The position numbers and the translations under genes were made by a program. Below the pieces are notes generated by a model. It saw nothing but the letters and a program-made list of their open reading frames with translations, was not told where the DNA came from and ran no database searches. From Candidatus Yanofskybacteria bacterium RIFCSPHIGHO2_01_FULL_41_21 (GTDB lineage: Bacteria; Patescibacteriota; Minisyncoccia; 2-02-FULL-40-12; GWA2-44-9), in the NCBI GenBank assembly GCA_001794025.1, contig MGJA01000008.1, positions 358 to 64,357 of the forward strand: a DNA stretch of 64,000 nucleotides, written 5' to 3'. How positions within the stretch are numbered: the first letter of the stretch is position 1; each line of letters opens with the position of its first letter. This document shows, one piece after another, positions 10,001 to 16,312 of this stretch.

Positions 10001-13000
10001 ATACGACCTTGGCGACCCAAGCTACCGCTGGCGAACCGGTTATTTCGGGACCTCGCTAGGCATCAACAACGGCGGAACATTAAACACCGCCTTTGAAGTC
10101 GGAGGAACTGCTTCTATATCTAATACCTTAACTCTTGGCGGTATTATTACTTCCACAAATACCGGTTCCAACTCTTTCGCTGGAAGCATTGAACTTACTA
10201 AGGGCTTCCGATTCGGTAATCTTACTCAAACCGGAACAGGGATTAATTACTTTGCCGGCAACGTCGGTATTGGGACGAATTCACCGACCTCTCTCTTTAC
10301 TGTCCAAGGTCGGGGAGAATTCCAAGGCACGGCAAGCGCTTCCTATTTCCTAACCGGCAATACGATTCAAGTCGGTGGTTTCTCATCGGCCAGTTATAAC
10401 CGATTCGGGACCGGTACCACCAACCATGCTAATTATATTTCCACTTCTAATGATGTTCTCGTTTCCGGGGATTTGGAAATTTTGGGGACAGCTTCATTTG
10501 AAGGTAATGTCGTTATCGGCGCTACGAGTACAACCACTTTAGCCGTCGGTTCTACAGTCAAAAGCGACCTTATTCCGTTCACCAATGCCTACAATCTTGG
10601 TTCCACTACCAATCATTGGGGGACGCTATATGTTGATACCGCCAATATTACGACTCTAGAAGCATCAACAGCATCTATTTCCGGCACTACCGCTCGGGAT
10701 TTCCTAATTAATTCTGACAATGCTTCGGCGGATGCTGAAGATATGTCCGTCACATTTAAACGAGGTCTGCCTACGGTTAATGCCGCGCTTGAGTGGGATT
10801 CAACCAACAAGCGTTTTAATTTGAATTTTCCGATTTTCGTTCAGACCGTAGATAATCCGGAACCAAGCTATAATTTTACCCAGCTTGTCCTTAAAGGTGC
10901 CGCGGACCAGAGTTCAAATGATTATTTCCAAATTAAAGATTCTTCCGATGTTTCTAAGTTTCGGATAAGCGACAATGGCGCTTCATTTTCGGTTCCGTTT
11001 GAGCTTTCAAATACCGCTTCCATTTCCAACACTCTTACTCTCGGCGGTATCATTACTTCCACAAATACCGGTTCCAACAGTTTCTCGGGCGGTCTGGAAG
11101 TAACCAAAGGCATCCATGCCACGGGTTCAATCACTTCCGGCGGTGATTTAAGAATCAACGGCAACGCTAATCTTAACGGGGTCTTTGTTTTTGGTGACAA
11201 CGGCGATGTCGGGTCAATTAATACTAATGATTGGGACATTGCCATCGACGGCGCCTTAACCGGAATATCTTTTAACGCTAATGGGACCGGTAACTCAATA
11301 TCCAATATTGATAATGGTGACTTAACCGCCGATACTTTGGACTTCACCGCTATTTCCGACAGTCCCACCCTTGACGCTGACCTCTATATTCAAAGAGCCG
11401 GTTTCAAGATTGGTATCGGTAAGACCCCTTCTACCGTCTTTGAAGTCCAAGGCACGGCTTCCGCTTCCTACGGTCTCTTTGGTACCCTCCAAATCGGTGC
11501 CTTCTCATCAACAAGTTACAACAGATTCGGCACCACCACCACCGGTCACTCACTCTCCGCAAGTAATGACCTCTTAATATCCGGAGACCTGGAAGTAGAT
11601 GGTTCTGCATACTTTGATGGAAGCACAATCTTCGGTGCCGGTGCCTCCATTTCCGGTAACTTTGACCCCGCCACCGATAATACATATGACTTAGGGGATG
11701 CAAGTTATCGCTGGCAGACAGGTTATTTCGGAACATCATTGGGTATCAACAATGGAGGTACCCTTGACACCGCCTTTGAAGTCGGTGGCACGGCCTCTAT
11801 CTCTAACACCTTAACCCTCGGCGGTATTATTACTTCCACAAATACCGGTTCTAATTCTTTCTCGGGAAGTATCAATTTAGATAAAGGCCTCCATACTACC
11901 GGTAACGTTACCACCTTAGCCCAATTCCTTTCTTCCGGTACAGGCAGTAACAGTTTTGCTGGCAGTTTAAACATCTCCAAATCATTAACGGCGACCAATA
12001 GTGTTACAGCTGGCAGTTTTGTTACCGCCGGTAATCTCACTGTGGGTGGCAATGAGGTCTTAACGGGGACTTTCACTGGCAACTCTACCGGTTCCAACTC
12101 TTTCGCCGGTTCACTGGATATCATCAAAGGTCTTCGTTCCGCCAACTTCACTCAAGTCGGTTCCGCCCCAAACTACTTTAATGGCAACGTCGGCATCGGG
12201 ACGACGGCGCCAAATATCACGGCTTATGCCGGTCGTGTCTTGACCGTTGGTTCAGGCACGAGTGCGGAACCCGCCATCGAGATTTACGGAGGCAGAACTG
12301 GCTCGGATGGTATAGCAGCGGACATGGCTTTTTTAAACAGTTATGCTACTGGTGCCGATAAACGTATTGCATTGATTCGAGCAAACCGTATTACAGACGA
12401 CAATTCTGGGGGTCTTCAATTTTATTCAAGAAATGCGGGAACATTGGTAGAAGCGTTGCGAATAGATAAAACTGGCAACGTCGGCATCGGGACGACGGGG
12501 CCGGGGAATAAGCTCTCATTTGGCGCGAATAACTCGGCTCAGATTATCTCGTTGTATGAAAGTGGAAATACTAAGGTCACTATTGGTACGAATGACGGAT
12601 TTACATTTGCTGTTCCAAACACAAGTAACAATAATTTTAAATTTGGTACACTTTCCACAGCAGATGGAACAACTTTTTCGGAAAAAGTGAGAATTGATAA
12701 TAGCGGCAACGTCGGCATCGGGACGACGGGGCCTAGTGAATTATTGGAAGTGTCAAAAAGTACGGCAAGTGGAAATACTTTTATTCGTATTACAAATACT
12801 GACACCAGTGCTGATGGTGGTGAAGGGGCCGCTTTGGCATTGTATGAGGCAGGAACTCTTCGAACTCAATTCACTTCGAATTTTCAGGATCAGAAGATGT
12901 ATTTATATCATCGTGGGGACAACAGGGTCACGATAGATAATGTCGGCAACGTCGGCATCGGGACGACGGTACCAGGGCAAGCTTTAGAAGTTGGAGGCAC

Positions 13001-13712
13001 GGGCAAGGTAAAAATCGCCGCTTTGACCACCCAGGGCTATGTCTGCGTGGGTGGCAACCCCGGAGCCGGAGTCCTTTCCGATGGGGGAGCATCGTGTTCC
13101 ACTTCCGATGCCAGATTAAAAATAGACATTACCCCCATCTCGGATTCTCTGAATGTGCTTTCATCCCTGAATCAACTTCACGGAGTTTATTATCGTTGGG
13201 ATTTAAATAATCCAAGAAATGAAGGTATGCCTTCCAGCCGTCAAATCGGTATGATCGCCCAGGATGTGGAACAGGTGTTGCCGGAACTGGTATCTGTCGG
13301 CTCTGACGGCTATCGTTCTTTAGATTACCCCAAATTCACCGGTTTCCTGTTGGAAGCGGTCAAAGAGCTTGATAACAAAACAAACGCTTTGACAGGGCAA
13401 TTTGAGGCATTTACAAGCAAATTAGAGGCCCAATGCGTGACCGGAGATACGAGATTGCGCCGTAGGCGCAAGCGAGCCCGTCCCGATGCCGACGTTGAAG
13501 GCGAATTTGATTTTGATGAAGTTGAAATAAAAGATATTGTTGCAGGCGACGAAATCCAGTCGCTGAATGAGGCCACCGGCCGGGTGGAATTCGCTCGCGT
13601 GAACGCGCTTATGGACATGGGCGTCCAAGAGGTGTATGAATTGGTTACCAAGTCGGGGAGGAAGATTCGGACCACCAAAAATCATCCATATCTGGTAAAA
13701 CTGGGGTCATAA
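7032..13712 (+). CDS. Giant surface/tail-fibre-like protein: N-terminal HTH, TM helix, G/T/S/N-rich beta repeats, GNVGIGTT cassette array, Peptidase_S74 domain, C-terminal split-intein N-half
   Basis: YSQEYLSLLARRGKIFAKKIGRNW (HTH); LMAVMITAVVLIFVLIGG (TM); SDARLK...IGMIAQDVEQVLPELV (S74); CVTGDT...IRTTKNHPY (intein blocks A and B). Confidence 0.9.
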   Translation: MSDYQPKKLPSQWISIQEATRHAPYSQEYLSLLARRGKIFAKKIGRNWYTTHEALERYISEQTLLSPIAKQFSPTVELASSSSNLVEEFKRLNPQVFGQEKKQELGIRNQELGNTKQGIESVPSVLPNVAPAPVTIPTPTIPVIPQNNSENKVLEKLDRLSDSLETFTSSVTASIPAITQANQSAPLNPEVEEFVQERINSSIHRFRHFDRFAKSTTRSPVRLMAVMITAVVLIFVLIGGFSFGKVDAVAQKIKKAFNDATTIDGHFAGTHANEVLILDKAGNISIYGHIETEGQFRSHAPEGVAPIVVDSLTKVENLNADYIDNLSSQDFTLAFVTKNGNLTYEDVHLMGDVEVGKLLKVGGDAIIGKTLTVSGATKLMDSLTVYGKLGVLSDAVFGKDVTLTNGDLVISKGTIKISNMTLIKNLNAEYLDGVKKGDINLNFVTSNGNTTSNSITVGGLTSTGTITSYGPGFFNSSIWSPFGSFGDLGVGKSASFGDSKNPSNSKFEVYSSKFSLDANGNARLAGTTTTNNLLVSGSVLSGLIPSGSFDLGSLAQPWVNLYAIDGNFSGDITVSGSLNFAGTTSSSFVINTDNTASDSEDAYLAFSRGSITPDAKLTWNSTFKQFEFNEPVNIASSSFTVEGNTFLNNASVSNNFEVVGTASISGTTTLAGQTYTWPSSQTTNGFLKTNGTGTLSWSTAFSGTIASLSQNFDPATDNQYDLGDPSYRWRTGYFGTSIISPFASFTNASVSNNFEIGNIASIGGNATIGGTLGVTGNTTLTGTLTGNSIGSNSFQGSLDVALGLHAVGNVTTLAQFLSSGTGSNSFAGSLDITKGLRAAQITGTGLTLNGNTNISGTLNVIGQSNFSNASASSGFESTYLKTDTISNSTGTLTINAFTLGGLVTGNNQSITGLNQLTSSIASISTNFEVGGYASIGGNTTLAGQTYTWPSSQTTNGFLKTNGSGTLSWSTAFAGTIASLSQNFDPATDNQYDLGDPSYRWRTGYFGTSLGINNGGTLNTAFEVGGTASISNTLTLGGIITSTNTGSNSFAGSIELTKGFRFGNLTQTGTGINYFAGNVGIGTNSPTSLFTVQGRGEFQGTASASYFLTGNTIQVGGFSSASYNRFGTGTTNHANYISTSNDVLVSGDLEILGTASFEGNVVIGATSTTTLAVGSTVKSDLIPFTNAYNLGSTTNHWGTLYVDTANITTLEASTASISGTTARDFLINSDNASADAEDMSVTFKRGLPTVNAALEWDSTNKRFNLNFPIFVQTVDNPEPSYNFTQLVLKGAADQSSNDYFQIKDSSDVSKFRISDNGASFSVPFELSNTASISNTLTLGGIITSTNTGSNSFSGGLEVTKGIHATGSITSGGDLRINGNANLNGVFVFGDNGDVGSINTNDWDIAIDGALTGISFNANGTGNSISNIDNGDLTADTLDFTAISDSPTLDADLYIQRAGFKIGIGKTPSTVFEVQGTASASYGLFGTLQIGAFSSTSYNRFGTTTTGHSLSASNDLLISGDLEVDGSAYFDGSTIFGAGASISGNFDPATDNTYDLGDASYRWQTGYFGTSLGINNGGTLDTAFEVGGTASISNTLTLGGIITSTNTGSNSFSGSINLDKGLHTTGNVTTLAQFLSSGTGSNSFAGSLNISKSLTATNSVTAGSFVTAGNLTVGGNEVLTGTFTGNSTGSNSFAGSLDIIKGLRSANFTQVGSAPNYFNGNVGIGTTAPNITAYAGRVLTVGSGTSAEPAIEIYGGRTGSDGIAADMAFLNSYATGADKRIALIRANRITDDNSGGLQFYSRNAGTLVEALRIDKTGNVGIGTTGPGNKLSFGANNSAQIISLYESGNTKVTIGTNDGFTFAVPNTSNNNFKFGTLSTADGTTFSEKVRIDNSGNVGIGTTGPSELLEVSKSTASGNTFIRITNTDTSADGGEGAALALYEAGTLRTQFTSNFQDQKMYLYHRGDNRVTIDNVGNVGIGTTVPGQALEVGGTGKVKIAALTTQGYVCVGGNPGAGVLSDGGASCSTSDARLKIDITPISDSLNVLSSLNQLHGVYYRWDLNNPRNEGMPSSRQIGMIAQDVEQVLPELVSVGSDGYRSLDYPKFTGFLLEAVKELDNKTNALTGQFEAFTSKLEAQCVTGDTRLRRRRKRARPDADVEGEFDFDEVEIKDIVAGDEIQSLNEATGRVEFARVNALMDMGVQEVYELVTKSGRKIRTTKNHPYLVKLGS
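9031..11970 (+). repeat. Mosaic internal duplications in the giant gene
   Basis: About 9031-9238 matches 9845-10050; about 9975-10180 matches 11659-11860; about 9453-9520 matches 11901-11968. Confidence 0.85.
12183..12969 (+). repeat. Four identical 25-bp direct repeats GGCAACGTCGGCATCGGGACGACGG separating unrelated in-frame segments
   Basis: Copies at 12183, 12474, 12705 and 12945; periods 291, 231 and 240 bp. Confidence 0.95.
13434..13712 (+). other. Split intein N-fragment (92 aa, Cys1)
   Basis: AQ|CVTGDT, DIVAGDEIQS, VYELVTKSGRKIRTTKNHPY, then stop. Confidence 0.9.
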
Positions 13713-13791
13713 TTTTCAGTTTTCAATTATCAATTTTCAATGAATTTACAATGAATCAATTCATCAAAAAAATACAAAAAATAAGGGGAAG

Positions 13792-13868
13792 CTATATCAC
13801 GGATAGCGGGGTAAGTGTCGTTTTTTACGAAACTCGTGAGATGGCGACCCTCCAAAGTCGTGATATAG
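13792..13868 (+). ncRNA. Candidate structured RNA (long hairpin)
   Basis: CTATATCACG/CGTGATATAG closing stem; inner GTCGTT-TTTTACGA-AAC-TCGTGAGA-T-GGCGAC stem with G-U pairs on the + strand. Confidence 0.4.
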
Positions 13869-13940
13869 AAAAGGTCTCTGCGACTCAACGAAGAGGCAAT
13901 GTCGGCACTGGGGAGGCAAGTCGTGATATGAAAATCATAG

Positions 13941-13974
13941 AAAATCAAAAAGCCCCGAACAATTGGGACTCTTT
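13941..13974 (-). terminator. Terminator of the tRNA-like unit
   Basis: Minus strand AAAGAGTCCC-AATTGTTC-GGGGCTTTTTGATTTT. Confidence 0.6.
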
Positions 13975-13978
13975 GAAG

Positions 13979-14050
13979 TGGACCCGAGGGGGTTTGCACC
14001 CCTTTCATCAGGTGCTAACGCTGATATGTTACTTCATACACCACGGGCCC
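13979..14050 (-). ncRNA. tRNA-like RNA / atypical tRNA (nominal anticodon TAG)
   Basis: GGGCCCG/CGGGTCC-A acceptor, GTGT/ACAT D stem, TCAG/CTGA anticodon stem, AGGGG-TGCAAAC-CCCCT T arm. Confidence 0.75.
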
Positions 14051-14064
14051 GGATCCACACATTT

Positions 14065-14093
14065 ATTATACAGAAAGATGACCGAAACATCAA
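14065..14093 (-). promoter_or_regulatory. Sigma70-type promoter for the tRNA-like RNA
   Basis: TTGATG-N17-TATAAT on the minus strand. Confidence 0.6.
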
Positions 14094-14171
14094 AACAAAA
14101 AGAACCCCTTTTGAAAGAGGCCCTTTTTGTAGCACCTGATAATGTCCGCAATGTACGAACTATCAGCGTAT
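14092..14171 (-). ncRNA. Candidate small RNA of about 80 nt with its own terminator
   Basis: ACGCTGATA-N20-ATCAGGTGCTA hairpin, then AAAAAGGGCCTCTTTCAAAAGGGGTTCTTTTTGTTTT. Confidence 0.55.
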
Positions 14172-14177
14172 ACAGTA

Positions 14178-14205
14178 ATTATACTCCTATCCATGAAGGT
14201 GTCAA
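14178..14205 (-). promoter_or_regulatory. Consensus sigma70 promoter
   Basis: TTGACA-N16-TATAAT on the minus strand. Confidence 0.7.
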
Positions 14206-14237
14206 GTGGATATGTGGATAATCAAAGATAATCAAAC

Positions 14238-15443
14238 ATGAATATATTCAATAAAATTAAGAAAATGATACGTCCCGCTGTCTCTGCTTCTCAACAAAAA
14301 GGCAATGTCGGCAGCGGGGCGGTCAATATTGGCGAAAGCAAAATCGCCGATTTTTGCCCCTACTGCAATTCCAAGGACTTCATGAAGCGAGGAATGCGAA
14401 AAAAGAAATTGGAACTGGTCCAGTTGTATTTGTGCCGAAATTGCAAACGGACATTTACTGCCCAGTTTATCAAAGGCAAGCATTATCCGACCAAGCTGAT
14501 TATTGACGCTATCAGTATTTACAATTTGGGGTATGGGTTGGAAGAGACATGTCGACTTATAAACCAGCGTTATGGCGTTAATCCCGGCGCAGCCACTTTA
14601 AATGGATGGTATGTGGAATATGCGCCCTTGTGCCGATATTCGCGGTTGCGTCAATTCGGGATGAAAATGTTTAAACCGGAAAATGTTGTGGAAGAAGTAA
14701 CTATGGCGCATCGGCAGTTGTACCGATATAGATTTCATCGGGCGAAAATGGAACTGGTCTTGCAGGATTTTAAGCACCACCGCTTTGAATCACTGAAGCA
14801 TTATCTGGAAGCGGTGGCGAGCGAGACACCGCACCAGTATTTTCAGGAAGGCGGGCGGATGTCGGAAGTCAAGACAAAATTTAATAAAGCCCAGATGATT
14901 GTCCGTTCAAAAAAGAATTACGCCAACCGGCTGGCGGAGTTTGTTTTGCAAGCCGTCAAGGATAATAAACAGCGCCACGAGGCCTTGCAAAAATTTATGC
15001 TCGCCAACGATTCGGTGACCGTGGCGACCGAGGTGCCGGTCTATATAAGAAGAGAAGATATCGGTCACATGGAAAATGATTTGGGATTTGAAGTGCTCAA
15101 TGAGGGCGAGGAAATACCAAGGTTGCTGACTGGACATATTGATTTAATCCAGGTGCGCAATGGGCAGGTTCATATACTTGATTTTAAGCCAAATGCAGCT
15201 AAAGAGAAACCAATTGAACAACTAACCTGGTACGCGCTGGCTTTGTCCCGCCTGACCGGTTTGCGATTATATGAATTTAAATGCGCCTGGTTTGACGGCA
15301 AAGATTATTTTGAATTTTATCCCTTGCACGTCGTCAAAAAAATTACCCACCGCTTGAAGAATAAAAAGGTATTTTTGAAGAGTCGCGGAACGTCAATTGA
15401 AATTCCAAATGAGGACTTAGGCAGAAAAGTAAAAGTGGTCTAG
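14238..15443 (+). CDS. Zn-ribbon + HTH + PD-(D/E)XK (RecB-like) nuclease
   Basis: CPYC...KRG.R....QLYLCRNCKRTF (IS1/IS1595-like Zn ribbon); TEVPV, GHIDLI, ILDFK, EQLTWYALAL. Confidence 0.85.
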   Translation: MNIFNKIKKMIRPAVSASQQKGNVGSGAVNIGESKIADFCPYCNSKDFMKRGMRKKKLELVQLYLCRNCKRTFTAQFIKGKHYPTKLIIDAISIYNLGYGLEETCRLINQRYGVNPGAATLNGWYVEYAPLCRYSRLRQFGMKMFKPENVVEEVTMAHRQLYRYRFHRAKMELVLQDFKHHRFESLKHYLEAVASETPHQYFQEGGRMSEVKTKFNKAQMIVRSKKNYANRLAEFVLQAVKDNKQRHEALQKFMLANDSVTVATEVPVYIRREDIGHMENDLGFEVLNEGEEIPRLLTGHIDLIQVRNGQVHILDFKPNAAKEKPIEQLTWYALALSRLTGLRLYEFKCAWFDGKDYFEFYPLHVVKKITHRLKNKKVFLKSRGTSIEIPNEDLGRKVKVV

Positions 15444-15476
15444 ATAAATTTTCAATAAAAATTGTAAATTATTATA

Positions 15477-16049
15477 ATGACCTATACTACATTTAAAAAA
15501 TATGCGCCAAAAAAGCCCGTGCATAAGTTCACGGATTTAGAAGTTTATCAGCAGACACTGGCCTTGTCGGTGATTATTATGAAGGACTTAAAACCTAAAC
15601 TGATAATACTTGAGTACCCGTTTTTGGAGAATTTAACAAATGGCGCGATTTCATTGCCACTATGGATTGCCGAAGCTCATTCAGTAAGGTTCGGAGACCA
15701 TGCCGTCGGCTTGGGTTTATTGGAAAAAGTCATGTCTGGCTGTAATAAAATGGTGGTATACTTAGAGCAAGCCAAAGGAATTTATCGCCCCGCTGCCGAG
15801 GTTGCCTCTTCGTTGAGAAGCAGAGACCTGTCCCAAGTGGGACAAAGTGACGACCAAAGGTCGGCAACAAACAAAATCGGCACCGGGGCCCTCGACCCGG
15901 ACCTGATAGACGATTTAATTAAACGTTATCATGACGTTCGGACCAAAGTTTTTCGTCTAAGCAAATCGTGGCAAAAGTGGTACGATGTCCCGCTGCCGAA
16001 ATTGCCTTCTATTGAAAAGCGGGAACAGCGGGACAAAATAAATATATGA
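15477..16049 (+). CDS. Four-helix-bundle protein (23S-rRNA-IVP/Avd-like) with an in-frame repeat insertion
   Basis: FTDLEVYQ, AISLPLWIAEAH; low-similarity insert RPAAEV...KIGTG. Confidence 0.8.
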   Translation: MTYTTFKKYAPKKPVHKFTDLEVYQQTLALSVIIMKDLKPKLIILEYPFLENLTNGAISLPLWIAEAHSVRFGDHAVGLGLLEKVMSGCNKMVVYLEQAKGIYRPAAEVASSLRSRDLSQVGQSDDQRSATNKIGTGALDPDLIDDLIKRYHDVRTKVFRLSKSWQKWYDVPLPKLPSIEKREQRDKINI

Positions 16050-16312
16050 AAAAGATAAATAATAATAAAATATCGGCATCGGGACGCTCAAAGAGCGGCA
16101 TGAGCAATCTCGGCACCGGGACGTGGACAAAAGTATCGGAATTAAGACCGGGTATGAAAATTGCCGTGCCGAAAAATGAAATCGGCATCGGGACAGACGA
16201 TGTATTGTGGGACGAAATTGTCGCAGTTAATCATATCGGCCGGGAACGGGTCTATGATATTGAAGTGGAAGGCACTCATAATTTTATTGGTAATGATATT
16301 TTCGCTCATAAT
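16046..16312 (+). other. Split intein C-fragment (ends His-Asn; Thr+1 at 16313)
   Basis: Block F VYDIEVEGTHNF and block G IFAHN|T. Confidence 0.9.

Noticed and set aside
12183-12969. CRISPR array
   Set aside because: Spacers are over 200 bp and code in frame; no cas1 or effector genes in the window.
7032-13712. Prophage
   Set aside because: Fibre and S74 domains are present, but there are no capsid, terminase, portal or integrase genes, and the protein has a TM anchor.
13710-14050. Suppression of the N-intein TAA stop by the tRNA-like RNA
   Set aside because: The UUA triplet is off-centre in the loop, and read-through would meet an in-frame TGA 14 codons later, so no contiguous intein results.
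13751-14221. 156-aa ORF as a real protein
   Set aside because: No recognisable domain, and the span is occupied by repeats, two antisense promoters, terminators and a tRNA-like fold. Translation cannot be fully excluded, since its start resembles that of ORF 14238.
14238-15443. IS1/IS1595 transposase or Cas4
   Set aside because: No DDE domain or IS ends, and no Cas4 C-terminal cysteine cluster.
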